Assembly: GCA_043228905.1 (NCBI GenBank) | Contig: JBHGNT010000016.1 | Location: 14,694,001 to 14,758,000 of the forward strand | Direction: 5' to 3' | Source of the DNA: Azolla caroliniana | Lineage: Eukaryota; Plantae; Polypodiophyta | Length of the DNA stretch: 64,000 bases | Shown here: positions 49,501 to 62,130 of the stretch, in pieces | Position numbering within the stretch: position 1 is the first letter of the stretch | Layout of the letters: the number at the start of each line of letters is the position of its first letter | The notes under the pieces: model-generated | The model's database searches: none | Told to the model about the DNA's origin: nothing | Seen by the model: only the letters and a program-made list of their open reading frames with translations | Position numbers and translations under genes: made by a program

Positions 49501-52500
49501 ACGGGATCCCCACACTGAACCGGAGACTCCGGCAGTTCGACCAACGTGGCAACATGAGACCGAGAGAGAAGGTTGGTGACGGCGGGAAACGGGACCCGGC
49601 TACGCGGAAGGCACAAGGAGAGTCCGGGAGGGACTCAAACAAAAGACACCCGACTTTCGGCAAGCATAGAAACGGAGTCCGGTCCTATGGGACCCTCACA
49701 CTGATCCGGAGACTTCGGCAGTTCGGCCAACGTGGCAACGTGAGACCGAGGGAGAAGGACGGTGGCGGCAGGGAACGGGACCCGACAACACGAGGTTCGG
49801 AAGGAGCCGGTAGGGGCAAACACGGAGAGGTGTGTCGGGCCGGAAAGGCACACCTAGAACAGAACAAGATTCTCGCAAATGGCCATCGCGGGCCGGATCC
49901 AAGTGTGACTACGGGACGGTGTTCGGCGCAGGCGGGGCCGAACGAAGGAAGTGGAAGACGGCACAAGGGAGGTGCCGGGAACAAGGTGACAAGTGCCTAG
50001 TGGACTGCACAGGGTCGAAGTCAGGATGGCAAGAGAGGCCGGAGGAGGATCCTCCACACTCGCTTCGTAGATCTCGGTAGCTCCGTCGAAATAACGAAGA
50101 CTGACACGGAAAGCCGGGGTGACATGCTGGTGGGGGCGAGGGGACGACGGCAAGCGGAAGACTCAGGACCTGTTGCAGCAGCACGAAGGCGGGAAGGGCC
50201 AAGCGGGCTACTACGGGGTGTTCCTCGGATGCAAAGGACACCGGTATGCGGGTGAACAACGATGCACGATCTGGCCGGAAAGGGGCCGACGAGGCGTGCA
50301 ATAAACCGGAGTGCGACATAGGCAGTGCCAAACAACGGGCGAGAGTACATGGCACACGGAGGTGCCGAAGCGGAAAGGCGAGCACGGAGAACGTCGGAAA
50401 GGGATCCTCCACACCGTTCCGGAGACCATGGCGGTTCGAGCCGGCGCGGCGATGTAAGACCATGGAGAAGGAAGGTGGCGGCGGAAGGACGAAGGCGACG
50501 CGAAACACCATCGGGACATCACGATTCGACAACGGAGGCCAAGCGGGCTGCCACGGGCATTCCTCTAGCGGAGGACATCGGGCATATGGCGGGAAGCGGG
50601 GCGTTCCTACGGCCGAACAAGGGCGAACGGAAGAGCGCGTGCTACGGATATCGCGGCAGAGGACCCATCGACGGGTCGAATGAGCTTATGGGAAGGCGAG
50701 CGTGAAGGAAGACTCAAAGCCGCCGGATCAAAACGGCAGCGAGCCGAGATGCGGATCATGGGAGACCGGTTTCTCGCCGGCCGAAATCTCTCACCATTCA
50801 GCCAGATTTGGCACGTACCGGTGGACGTGTAGTTAGGTCGGGGCGGATGTCGAGAAGAATTTCGGCCATAGGCAAAAACTGGGAAACATTGTCTACATCG
50901 GCGGGGTGCAGCGTGTGTACGCACCCATGTACATTTGGTGTGAATATCGAGGGCACCTTTATGGCGCGAAGAGTAGTGAAGTCGGGACAAACGATCCCAT
51001 GAAAGTCGGGATTTGTCCCACATTGTAACGCGTCCCTCCCCTTGTTCTATAAAAGGGAGGGAACGCCCTTTGTAAAAGGGTTGCCCATTTTTGCATTTAG
51101 AGGGTATACCGGTAGGTTTAGGGTTAGGTTTCTTCTACTTCTTCTTCTTTCCCTTCGTGTTCGGTTAGGGTTTGCTTTAGCTCATCTCCTGCGCAAGACC
51201 CCGCTCGGCGCGACGAGCCCGTGAGCTCCCCGATGGCGGCTTGGCAGCAGACGACTACTGTAACCTACCTCAACTTGGCTCGAAGCCGGGAGTGTATTCT
51301 CCTTATATATATATACATATACGTTTGCGTCTGTCTGTGTATATTGGCGTCTTGTTGGTGTCGGGTGCTCCACTCCTTCCTTGTGTTTCCTGTACATAAG
51401 GGCGTGAGTCGGGTTGGGCTGTGTGTGCGTGTGTGTGCGTGGGTGAGCGTGAGTCGGTGTTAAGCACGCTCTCTCTCTCTCTCACTCTCTCTCCCTTCGG
51501 TTGCTTCCGGTGTGTTTCTGAGATGCCCCAGAGGCCGTGAAGCACGACTTCCTACGCTCCGTCGCTCCCTAGTCCAAGACCCCCGTGGTCCCGCCTTTCT
51601 CCATGCACGCGCGTAACAACGCGACAACGTTCTTAACACCGACTCACGCACACACACACACACACGCACACGCAGCTCAACCCGACTAGAGAGAATAAGC
51701 ACCCGACGCCAACAACGACGCGAATATACACTGACAAACATAAACGTATATGTATGTATATATATGAAGAATACATTCCCGGCCTCGAGCCGGACTGAGG
51801 TAGGTTACAGTAGTCGTCTACTGCCAAGCCGTTGTCGGGGAGCTCATGGGCTCGTCGCACCCAGCGGGGTCTTGCGCAGGAGATGAGCTGCAGCAAACCC
51901 TAAACGAATACGCAGGAAATGAGCTGTAGCCCGCTTGGCCCTTCCCGTCTTCGTGCTGCTGCAATAGGTCCTGAGTCTTCCGCTTGCCGTTGTCCCCTCG
52001 CCCCCACCAGCTTCTCATCCCGGCTTGCCGTGTTAGTCTTCGTTACTTCGACGAAGCTACCAGGATCTACGAAGCGAGTGTGGAGGATCCTCCTTCGGCC
52101 TCTCTTGCCATCCCCTGACTCCGACCCTATGCAGTCCACTAGGCACTTGTCATGTCGTTCCCGGCACCTCCCTTGTGCCGTCTTCCGCTTCCTTTGTTCG
52201 GCACCGCCCGTGCCGAACACCATCCCGTAGTCACGCTTCGATTCGGCCCGCGATGGCCACTTGCGAGACTCTTGTTCTGTCCAAAGTGTGCCTTTCCGGC
52301 CTGACACACCTCTCCGTGTTTGCCCTTACCGGCTCCTTCCGAAACCTCGTGTCGTCGGGTCCCGTTCCCTGCCGCCACCGTCCTTCTCCCTCGGTCTCAC
52401 GTTGCCACGTTGGCCGAACTGCCGGAGTCTCCGGAACCGGTGTGAGGGTCCCATAGGACTGGACTCCGTTTCTATGCTTGCCGAAACTAGGGTGTCTTTT

Positions 52501-55191
52501 GTTTGAGTCCCTCCCGGACTCTCCTCGTGTCTTCCGCGTAGCCGGGTCCCGTTTCCCGCCGCCACCAACCTTCTCTCTCGGTGTCATGTTGCCACATTGG
52601 CCGAACTGCCGGAGTTTGGTTAAGTGTGGGGATCCCGTAGGACCGGACTTCCTTACGCCCATTGTCTTCGTTACCTCGCCGCCACCGTCAGTATCTTGGT
52701 CTTACGTCGGCCACGTTGCCGACTGCCGATGTCTCTAGAACCGGTGTGAAGGATCCTCCGTAGACCTTCCATCCGTAGCCCTTGCCTTCGTCACCTCGCC
52801 GCCACCGTCAGTATCTTGGTCTTATGTCGGCTTCGTTGCCGACCGCCGAAGTCTCTAGAACCGGTGTGAAGGATCCTCTGCAGGCCGCCTCGCCTTCTTG
52901 ACCCTGTCTCGGGTCGTCCTTTTTCGCATTGCCGACGTACCGTGTCCTTGGCCTCTTCGTAGGCCTGCTCTCTTCCTCCCTCCCGGAATGGTCACCCGGG
53001 AGTCCGCTCCGCCACCGATCTCTCTTGTAGGACTCACGCCAGCACTCAGGCCTACAACCGGATCGGTGTAAGCAATCCCATAGGACCGGCTTTCATTCTC
53101 GTTCTTAACCTCGACCTTCGCCCGATCCGTCTTTCTCCCCATGTAAAAGAGGGCGGCTCGTCCCGCACCCCCTCCCGTATCGGCACCTTTATGCCGAGTC
53201 CGGCCTCGATCGAACGGCCCACGACCGGATCACGCTCCACCCGTATCGGAATGCCGATCTCCACATGTCGTGTCCATCCTCGGCCTTCCCGCAGGTCGTC
53301 TCCCATCCGTCTTCGCTGGCATTGTGCCAGGACTCCTCGGTACCGCCATCCATCTCCTCGGTCTTATATGGGCATACGGGCCCGAATGCCGAGTTCTCCG
53401 GAATTGGGTCCGTGGGCTTTTGTCCGCTCCTTCCCCGTATCGTCTCGCCGATGATTCTTGGCCTTTCACCGCTGCCTTCCTCCGCTTGGGACTCACGTGG
53501 GCACTCGGGCCTGACCGCCATCGTCTCGGGAGTAAGTGTGGGAAGACACAAAGAATCGCCCGTCCGTTTTACGCCCCTGTCCGTAGCCACCGGCTCTCCG
53601 TGGTCGGCGGTCGTCTTCTTACCGATCGCGCAAGCCCCGTCTGGGCTTGCTTCTCCAATGATCGGGATCTCGGGCTGACACGCCCGAAACCGCTGGTCCC
53701 AACGTTCCGGTTCCGCGATCGGTATCTCGGCCTCGTCCTTGGCCATTCTATCTCCGCAAGTCGAGAGGGCGTTTTCTTCCACACCCTCTCCCGTGGTACC
53801 GTGGTACCGATCTTCCGCCGTCGCGTGGGGCAAGTCCGTCTCCTTGGTCTCGGCTTCCGGCCTTGATCTTCCCTCTTCCTCGAGCATTGCTTTGAGAGCT
53901 GCGTACGCCTCCGCAATCCTGGCCCCAACGCCGATCCTTGCCAACTCCCTTTTCCGTTCGGCCTCTTCCTGCTGTGATGGCACGCCGTCGCGTACCTTCC
54001 TCTTAGCCTTCTCGGCTCACTCGTTGTCTAGCCGTTGGCACACCCTTCCGACCTTCGCCCAGTCCTCCGTAAGCCTTCAAGAGCGCCTCTTCGAAGGCCT
54101 CCCACGAACTATGAGCCTCACGGAGCTCCTTCACTTCCGCATGCTTCCGGACAGCTACGACCCAACGGAAGAACTCTAGCCTCAACGCCTCGTCTATGCC
54201 ACGCTCCTCCATTTCCGCGTTGTAGGCTTCTAGGTAAGATGGGACTTTGTCCTCACTGAAACGGCCGACTCTTTCGACCACTCGCTCAACCGCTTGTTGC
54301 GTTGCTTCTCGCCTCATCACCACTCGTGCCGACTCCAACACCACTTCGGCCACCATCTCCGCAAGGTCGTCGTCTTCCGACTCCATCCTCCCTTGCCGCG
54401 TTTCACGTCGGGTTCACCAAATATGTTGCGTTGTTATGCGCGTGCGTGGAGAAAGGCGAGACCACGCGGGTCTTGGACGAGAGAGTGATGGAGCGTAGGG
54501 AGTCGTGCTTCACTGTTTCTGGGGCATCCCAGAAACACACCGGAAGCAACCGAAGGGGGAGAGAGAGAGAGAGAGAGAGAGCGTGCTTAACACCGACTCA
54601 CGCACACACACACGCACACACGCACACACGCACATGCAGCTCAACCCGACTCACGCCTTATGTACAGAAAACGCAGGAGAGGGTAAGCACTCGACGCCAA
54701 CAACGACGCCAATATATACAGACAAACATAAACGTATATGTATGTATATATATGAAGAATACATTCCCGGCTTCGAGCCGGACTGAGGTAGGTTACAGTA
54801 GTCGTCTGCTGCCAAGCCGCCGTTGGGGAGTTCACGGGCTCGTCGAGCCGAGCGGGGTCTTGCGCAGGAGATGAGCTGCAGCAAACCCTAAACGAATACG
54901 AAGGAGAAGAAGCTAACCCTAAACCTAATGGTATACCCTCTAATGCAAAATGGGCAACCCCTCCACAAAGGGCGATCCCTTCCTTTTATAGAACAAGGAG
55001 AGGGATGCGTTACAATGTGGGCCAAATCCCGACTTTCATGGGATCGTCTGTCCCGACTTGACTACTCTTCGGCGCCATAAAGGCGCCCTCGATATTCACA
55101 CTAAATGTACATGGGTGCGTACACACGCTGCACCCCGCCAATGTAGCTAATGTTTTCCGGTTTTCGCCTCTGGCCGAAATTCTTCACGACA

Positions 55192-56953
55192 ACGACGTTC
55201 GTATCTAGCACCCCGTCCCGGAGAGCCAGCTTTTGATAACCAAAAACAAGTCATTTTGGGACCGGCACGACTACAAGCAACACAGATCTTTGACATACCC
55301 ATGGATTCCCGCGTTATCGATACCATACGCGAAGACTTGAAGACAGATGCGTTCGCCCAAGCTATACTAGCACAAATTGATCCCTCTTGAGCGTCGGGTT
55401 CACAGTCGCAACCACCAGGTATGGACTATCGACAATTCAAATACCATGATGGATTACTCTTCTTTAAAGAACTTTTGTATGTTCCTAATGGTTCTTGCCG
55501 CCTTCAAGTAGTACAAAACTATCATGACACATATACAGCTGGGCATTTTGGTAGTACTAAAACACTACATTTAGTACAACGATCATTCTGGTGGCCCTAT
55601 ATGCGACAATTTGTCGAGGATTTTGTTCGGACTTGTGATACATGCTGTAGAGCGAAAATGCCAAGGCATCATCCATATGGTTTATTAGAACCATTACCAA
55701 TTCCAAGCAAGCTGTGGCAGTCCATTGCTCCAGTCTTCATCACAGATCTTCCAGTCTCTAAGGGGTTCAATGCGATTCTAACGGTGGTTGATCGATATAC
55801 GAAGATGACTCATTTCTTGCCATGTACTAAGGAGATCTCCAGTGAAGACACTGCCGAAATTGTCATGCGTGAAGTATGTCGGCATCATGGACTTCCCGAT
55901 AGTATCATCAACGACCGTGGACCCCAGTTCGTGTCAAAATTCTGGAAGCACCTTTTTAACATGCTCAAGGTTAGTTGTAACCTCTCCTCCGGCTACCACC
56001 CACAAACCGATGGCCAAGCCAAACGAACCAATCAAACGCTGGTGCAGTATCTGCGGTGCTTTCTCAGCTATCATCAGGATGACTGGGCAGATATTCTCCA
56101 CTTCGCCGAATTTGCCTATAACCCACAAACCGATGGCCAAGCCAAACGAACCAATCAAACGCTGGTGCAGTATCTGCGGTGCTTTCTCAGCTATGATCAG
56201 GATGACTGGGCAGATATTCTCCACTTCGCCGAATTTGCCTATAACAACTCTATCCACGCATCCACGAAAGTTACGCCATTTTATGCTTATATGGGATGTC
56301 ACCCCCGGTGGTGTGTACTTGAAACCCCAGAGGTGTCCACAAATCCTTGCGCAGAGGATCGTTTGGAGAGGTTACTCAAGATACAAGCGGATTTGTCTAC
56401 TCATCTCCAACAAGCTCAACAAACACACAAGGTTTATGCGGATCGTCATCGACTCCCATCTAGTTTTAACATTGGAGATTGGGTATGGCTACTCCGACGA
56501 CACATCAAGACTACTCGCCCATGCGAGAAGTTGGATTATCGGTGATTAGGTCCTTTCCGTATTATAGGAAAGATTAATGATGTCGCTTTTCGTCTTGATC
56601 TACCTCCACAACTTTGGATACATCCGGTGTTTCATAGTTCTCTCCTCGAACCCTATCAAGAGAGCACCATCCCAGGCCGTATTACACAGCCTCCACCCCC
56701 GATCGAGCTTGAAGATGGACCTGAGTACGAGGTTGCCGCCATCCTCGATTCCAAGTTTGTTCGCAATAAGCTCTACTATCTAGTCGATTGGCTAGGATAT
56801 AGTCCCAACAAGCGTACTTGGGAACCGATAGAGAATGTCACCAATACTCGTGCTCTTCTTGAAGACTTCCATCGTCAATATCCAGACAAACCGGGTCCTC
56901 AATCCAAAACGACTCGTTACACTCATCGTTTTAAAGGGGGGATAGTGTCATGA
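55192..56953 (+). pseudogene. pol: Integrase and chromodomain of the Tcn1-like element
   Basis: HHCC (HDTYTAGH...CDTC); IINDRG; altered catalytic residues (SIAPVF, GQAKRT); stop at 56543-56545; chromodomain in ORF 56627-56953. Confidence 0.9.
55999..56245 (+). repeat. 123-bp in-frame tandem duplication in integrase
   Basis: PQTDGQAKRTNQTLVQYLRCFLSYxQDDWADILHFAEFAYN occurs twice. Confidence 0.92.
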
Positions 56954-57237
56954 TATGGCAAAACTCGAACCCATGACCTTATGCTACATGGGTCAAGCTC
57001 TTGACCATTAATTTATACATTGTAATACGTAGAATATTATTTTCATTTATGTTTTATTATAGAAAATTGATGTATATTCCAGATTTCTCTGGAACATTCT
57101 AGAAACTTCAGGAGTATTCCTTAGAACACTATAAAAGGAGGCACAAGGCATTTTTCGAACCAAATCGGTTCAACGCCAGTCTTAAGCCTCCTAGTTACTG
57201 TACATTTTCTTCACATAATATATATCTTTTCTTATCA

Positions 57238-57291
<54 letters not shown>

Positions 57292-60200
57292 ACTCTTTCC
57301 TTCTCTCGAGAGTTCTTCCCCTCTCTTAGTACTAATACTTCTTTTAGTACTAAGTCCTTCTCTGTCTTAGTACTGTTCCTGACAGGTGCCGATGTGAGAC
57401 CGGAGAGATGGAAGGTGGCAGTGAGGAGTCATGGCCCAATGCCAACGAAGATGGTTTGGAGATGGCCTGTGGGGAGGCCAAGGACGGAACCGTGGCGGAG
57501 AAAAATATAGAAACGAGAGGCGGTGCTGAAGGGGGCGGAGTCGGAAGTCGGCCCGATTGTGAGATGATCCTGTCGGCATTCCGATTCAGATGGAGCACGA
57601 TCCGGGCATGGATCGTTTGTCCAAAACAGGGCCAAAGAGCGAGCGAAGAAACGAAGACCGGTCCTATGGGTCACCTCACACCGGGCTACAGACTTCGACG
57701 GCCGGCATTGGGAGCCGACGTAAGACCAAGATACTGACGGTGGCAGCAAGAGAATGGGATGCTACAATCCAGAGAGTTATGGATAGACCCGGACAAGAAC
57801 CGGGGGGGAGCGGACTTCCGGATAACCGATCCGGAAGGAGAAGGAAGCAAGCCTACGGAGAGGCCGGGAACACGATACGGAGGTACCACAGGAGAGGGTG
57901 TGGAGCGAGCCATCCTCTCGACTTGCGGAAAAGGGACGGCCATGAAGAAGGCCGAGAACTACAAAGTGATGAGCACCACCTTGAGAGTGTGCGGAAGTTT
58001 CGAGATGCGGTTGCTCGAAACATTGAGCGAGGAGGAGGTAAGCGTAATCGAGGCTTGCGTAATCGGGGATGGGGTAGCCACGGACAACGACATCCGGGAT
58101 AAAGGTGGCTATGGACATGACAAGCTGTGGTTCCGAGACCGTGCCCGCACTGGGCTAGAGATTTTGGTGGTCGGCATCGAGAGCCGACGTAAGACCAAGA
58201 TACCAACAGTGGTGGTGAGGGGACGAGGACATCGGTTGCGGAAGGCAAGTGGGGTCCTCAGAGGGGACCGAAAGAGCAGAAAGGAGATGAAGGCCGGCGA
58301 AGCGGCCACAGATCGGAACCGGACCTTATCGGCAGGGTCAGAAGGACGAAGATCAGACACGCTTGGTGCACGAGACGATGGCTTAACATTTCGGAGCCCG
58401 AGGAGTATCCTCCACGCCAGACTAGAGACTTTGGCGGTCGGCAGTGGGAGCCGACGTAAGACCAAGACTGTTACGGTGGTGGCAAGGAGACGAAGGCGGT
58501 AGCAGCAGAGGCACCGAGGAACCAAGGTGTCGCAGAGATCGGCGGAGGCCAGGTGGGCCAAAAAGGGTGAGGGTGATCCTTCGTAGGTACCAACACAGGA
58601 AGCTACCAAAGACACCCAAGCGGAGAACGGTGTGTCAAGCTGGAAAGGGTGCACTCGAAAGCAGAACGAGAGATGTGCGTGTGGTTGTCGAGGGCCAAGG
58701 TGAAGGCACAGGAGAGTGCCAGTGTTTGGCGCAGGCGATCCCGAATGAGGAATGAGGAAGACGACACACAGAGGCTCCGAGACGACACAACGGGCGGAAA
58801 GGAATGCGAAGGTCGGTGGCCGGAGAAGGATCCTCCACACCGGGCTAGAGACTTCAGCCGTCGTCAACGGGAGCCGACATAAGACCTAGAGACTGAAGGT
58901 GGCGGCGAGTGGACAAAGGCAGTAGCAGTAGAGGCACCAAGCAACCAAGGCGTTGCGAGGCCAATGGAGGCCAGGAAAGCCAAAACGAGCGAGGGTGATC
59001 CTTCGCGGGTGGCAACACAGGAAGCTACCAAGGACACCCAAGATACGGCGTAGAAGTGCGGATGGGCGATCCTACAGCGATCCTCACACCGATCCGAAGA
59101 CTCCGGCGGTCGGCCCGAGCGCCGACGTGAGACCTAGAGAGAAGGAAGGTGGCGGTAGGTGAACGGGATCTAGTAGAAGGGCCGAAAAGGAGCTGAAGAA
59201 GCTATCAGGCCAGCGATGCGGCCATGAACTGGATAGGGTCCCAGTCGGCAAGGTCGGAAGGATGAAGGAGGACGTGTGCACGTAACACAGGTCAGTTACG
59301 AAGAAATTTTCGAAGCGGAAGAAGGATCCACCACACTTGTACTGGAGACCCTCGGCAGCTCAGTCGGGGTGGTGACGAGTGTTGTGGCAAGCGTAAGCCC
59401 GAGGTGATAAGCAAGTGGGGGCGAGGGGACGAAGGCAATGACGGATGACGACGTCGGGCCCAACCAACGCGACGCGGAGATGACGTGCCATGCAGGCCAA
59501 AGGACAAGGGTGATCCTGTCCTAGAAAGCTACTAAGGACACCCAAGCGGAGAACGGTGTGACGAGCCGAAAAGGGCACACCCGGACGCGAATCGGAAGCC
59601 ATGCGTGTGGCCACTGAGGGTCAAGGTACGAGCACGGGGAGAGACCAGACTTCAGCACAGGCAATGCCGAGCAAATGATTAAAGCGGACTAAGCCTCTCA
59701 TGAGGTAAAGTCAAGGGCTACACGGCACACGGATGTGCCAGGACGAGAGTACTGGCGCGAAATGGATTGTGCGTGGTGGTGGCCTCAAGAGAAGAAGGCC
59801 CGAGAAGGATCTTCCACATGGGACTAGAGACTTCGGCAATCAGCAGTGGGAGCCGACGTAAGATCGAGATACTGACGGTGGCGGTGAGGGTCAAAGGCAA
59901 TAGCGAATAATGGCACCGAACGAGTAATCAAGGCATCGTGAAGATCGACAGAGGCCAAGCGGACCACTACGGGGTGTTCCTCGGACGCAGAGAACACTGG
60001 TTATACGACGTAACAAGGGGCATGCATACGGTCGGTTGAGGGCCGCGGGACGAGCACGTGTACGAAAGGAGATCGCGACAAACAGCCTATCGGCAGGTCA
60101 AACGAGCCTATGAAGAGGCAAGCGCGAGGACGGAACTGGAGCAGACGGTTCAGAACCGGCAGAGGCCAACACGACAATCGGGGATGCGGATTACGGAAGA

Positions 60201-62060
60201 CCGTTTGCTCACTACGACCGGAATCTCTCACATTTCATCGGATTTGGCACATATTGGTGGACATGCGGTTTGGTGGGGGAGGATGTCATGGAGATTCACA
60301 ACCATAGTGAGAAAACCGGGGCTATTGGGAATATCGGTGGGGTGCGGCGTGAGCACTCCCCCTTGTATAAACGTGTAAGATAATGGGGTGCCTTTATGGC
60401 GTTGAATAGGAGTTTAGTTGAGAGTCGAGACAGAGAATCCCATGTAATACGGGATTTGTCCCACATTGTTAGGCACCTCCCTCCTTGTGCTATAAAACGA
60501 AGGGAGGGTCCCTTGTAAACGGGTTGCCCATTTTGAGTTAGGAGGGTATACTACTTAGGTCAAAGGTATGTTAGTTTTCTCTTCTTCTTATTAGGGTTTC
60601 AGGTAGGTCTTTTTCTTTGTTGTCGTATGGGTAGAGTCTTTGTCTGTTTAGGGTTTAGCTCGGTTAAGAGGTCATATGTCCTAGGGGGTTTCGCTTCCGC
60701 GCCATCTCTTATGCAAGACCCCTCTCGGCGCGACGAGCTCGGGAGCTCCCCGACCGGTGGCTTGGCAGTTGACCATTGTTGTAAGCTAATCTACCTTAGG
60801 TGGCTCAAAGCCGGAGTTGTATCTCGCTCTTGTATATATATAAATATGTGAGGTTCTGTGCATCTATGTCGGTGTCGGTGTCGGTGTCTTTGGAGTTATT
60901 TATTTCCGTTTCTGTACATAAATAGCGTGTGTTGAGTAGGTGTTGCGCTCTCTCTCTCTCTCTCTCTCTCTCCTTTGTTCGGTAGCCTTCGGTACACATC
61001 TAGAATCGCCCCGGTCTGTGCCACAGCCGGCGCAGCCGGGAACAGAGAGAGTGAGTCTCCCGGTATCATCTCTCTCTCATCCGAGACCCCCATGGTCCTG
61101 CCCCTTTTCGACACATACTCGCGGATTACCGCGACAATGTTCTACTTGATGCACGCCCGGATATGTTGGGAGGAAGTGAATGTGATATTCGACACTGTTG
61201 ATGATCTGTGGCACAAAAGGTTATGCCACATGAGCCAGAAAGGGATGTGAAGACTTGCCGAAGATAACCTCATTCCGGCAGTGAAAGATGTGTAGCTTGA
61301 GAAGTGCACCGACAGTTTGGCCGGCAAGGAGAACCGAACCTCTTTTCGGTCAAGACCACCGACAAGAACGGAAAGAACCACTAGATCTTATGCATACAGA
61401 TGTATGTTAGGTGCACGCGAAGTCACATGCTAGGTCGTAGTACTTTGTGATGTTCATAGATGACCACAACCGAAAGTTGTGGGTCTCACCGTTGAAGACA
61501 AAGGACTAGGTATTATCCATCTTCAAGGAATTCCATGCGAGAGTGAAAAGGGAAACCGGACGGAAGCTGAACGCGGTTCGAGCAGACAACAGAGGCGAAT
61601 ACCGGGGGCAGTTCAAGGAGTACTGCCAATCGAAGGGAATCCGGCTCAAATTTACCGTGCCGAGGGATATAGAACTAAACGGATTAGCCGAAAGGATAAA
61701 CAAAACCATTATGGGGAGAGTCCGGAGCATGTTGGCACATGGAAAGTTGCCCAAGATGTTCTGGGTTGAGGCACTAATGACGGTGAGATATGTGATAAAC
61801 AAATCACCCTCAACACCGTTGGAAGGAGACACACAACACAAAGAATATGGACCAGTAAAGACGTTGTCGTGAAGATTTTCGGCAACAGTGTGAGAATCGC
61901 GTGGGAAAAGGAAAATCGAGAAGGTGTAATGTGCACACGTATGGAAGGAGTGATGGTTACATATGTATGTTAGCACGTTAATGTGCACATGTGATGGGTG
62001 TTTAGTTTTTCATTACACAAAATATAAAAATAAACCTAGGGCCTATTGGCATACAATGAC

Positions 62061-62130
62061 GTGCAAGTAAGGTTTTGAACCTTACACCTCAAGGATAGGA
62101 GGCAATTAACATACCATTAAGGCTATGTTG
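62061..62130 (-). promoter_or_regulatory. tRNA-like A/B-box module, antisense
   Basis: TAGCCTTAATGGT; GAGGT; perfect T-arm GTAAGG-TTCAAAA-CCTTAC; GG at 62115, T at 62079 (36 nt). Confidence 0.75.

Larger units (their letters stand above)
46639..51626 (+). mobile_element. tRNA-Trp-primed gag-only element Y (about 5 kb, structurally complete), inserted antisense in the 3' LTR of X
   Basis: LTRs 46639-47408 and 50848-51626; PBS 47413-47430; PPT GGTCGGGGCGGA; TSD GCGT/ACGT. Confidence 0.9.
46478..55191 (-). mobile_element. tRNA-Trp-primed gag-only element X
   Basis: 5' LTR 54424-55191; PBS 54402-54419; gag-like ORFs 54003-54386 and 53189-53983; 3' LTR in pieces 46478-46638 and 51627-51910, U3 and PPT deleted; TSD ACGG/ACGA. 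Confidence 0.85.
42873..57384 (+). mobile_element. Tcn1-like chromovirus, full length, nested in Z and interrupted at 46478-55191
   Basis: LTRs 42873-43302 and 56946-57384; TSD AGTGC/GGTGC; PPT AAAGGGGGGATAG; C-terminal chromodomain (EYEVAAILDSK...[10 protein letters not shown]...TWEP). Confidence 0.92.
39707..61136 (+). mobile_element. tRNA-Trp-primed gag-only non-autonomous LTR element Z (about 5.5 kb without inserts)
   Basis: LTRs 39707-40995 (internally deleted and interrupted) and 60284-61136; TSD ATGT/ATGT; PBS 41000-41017; PPT GGTGGGGGAGGA; decayed gag-like frame; no recognisable pol. Confidence 0.85.

Noticed and set aside
57400-60280. Many overlapping ORFs as cargo genes
   Set aside because: GC-rich, repeat-derived sequence open in several frames with no recognisable domain
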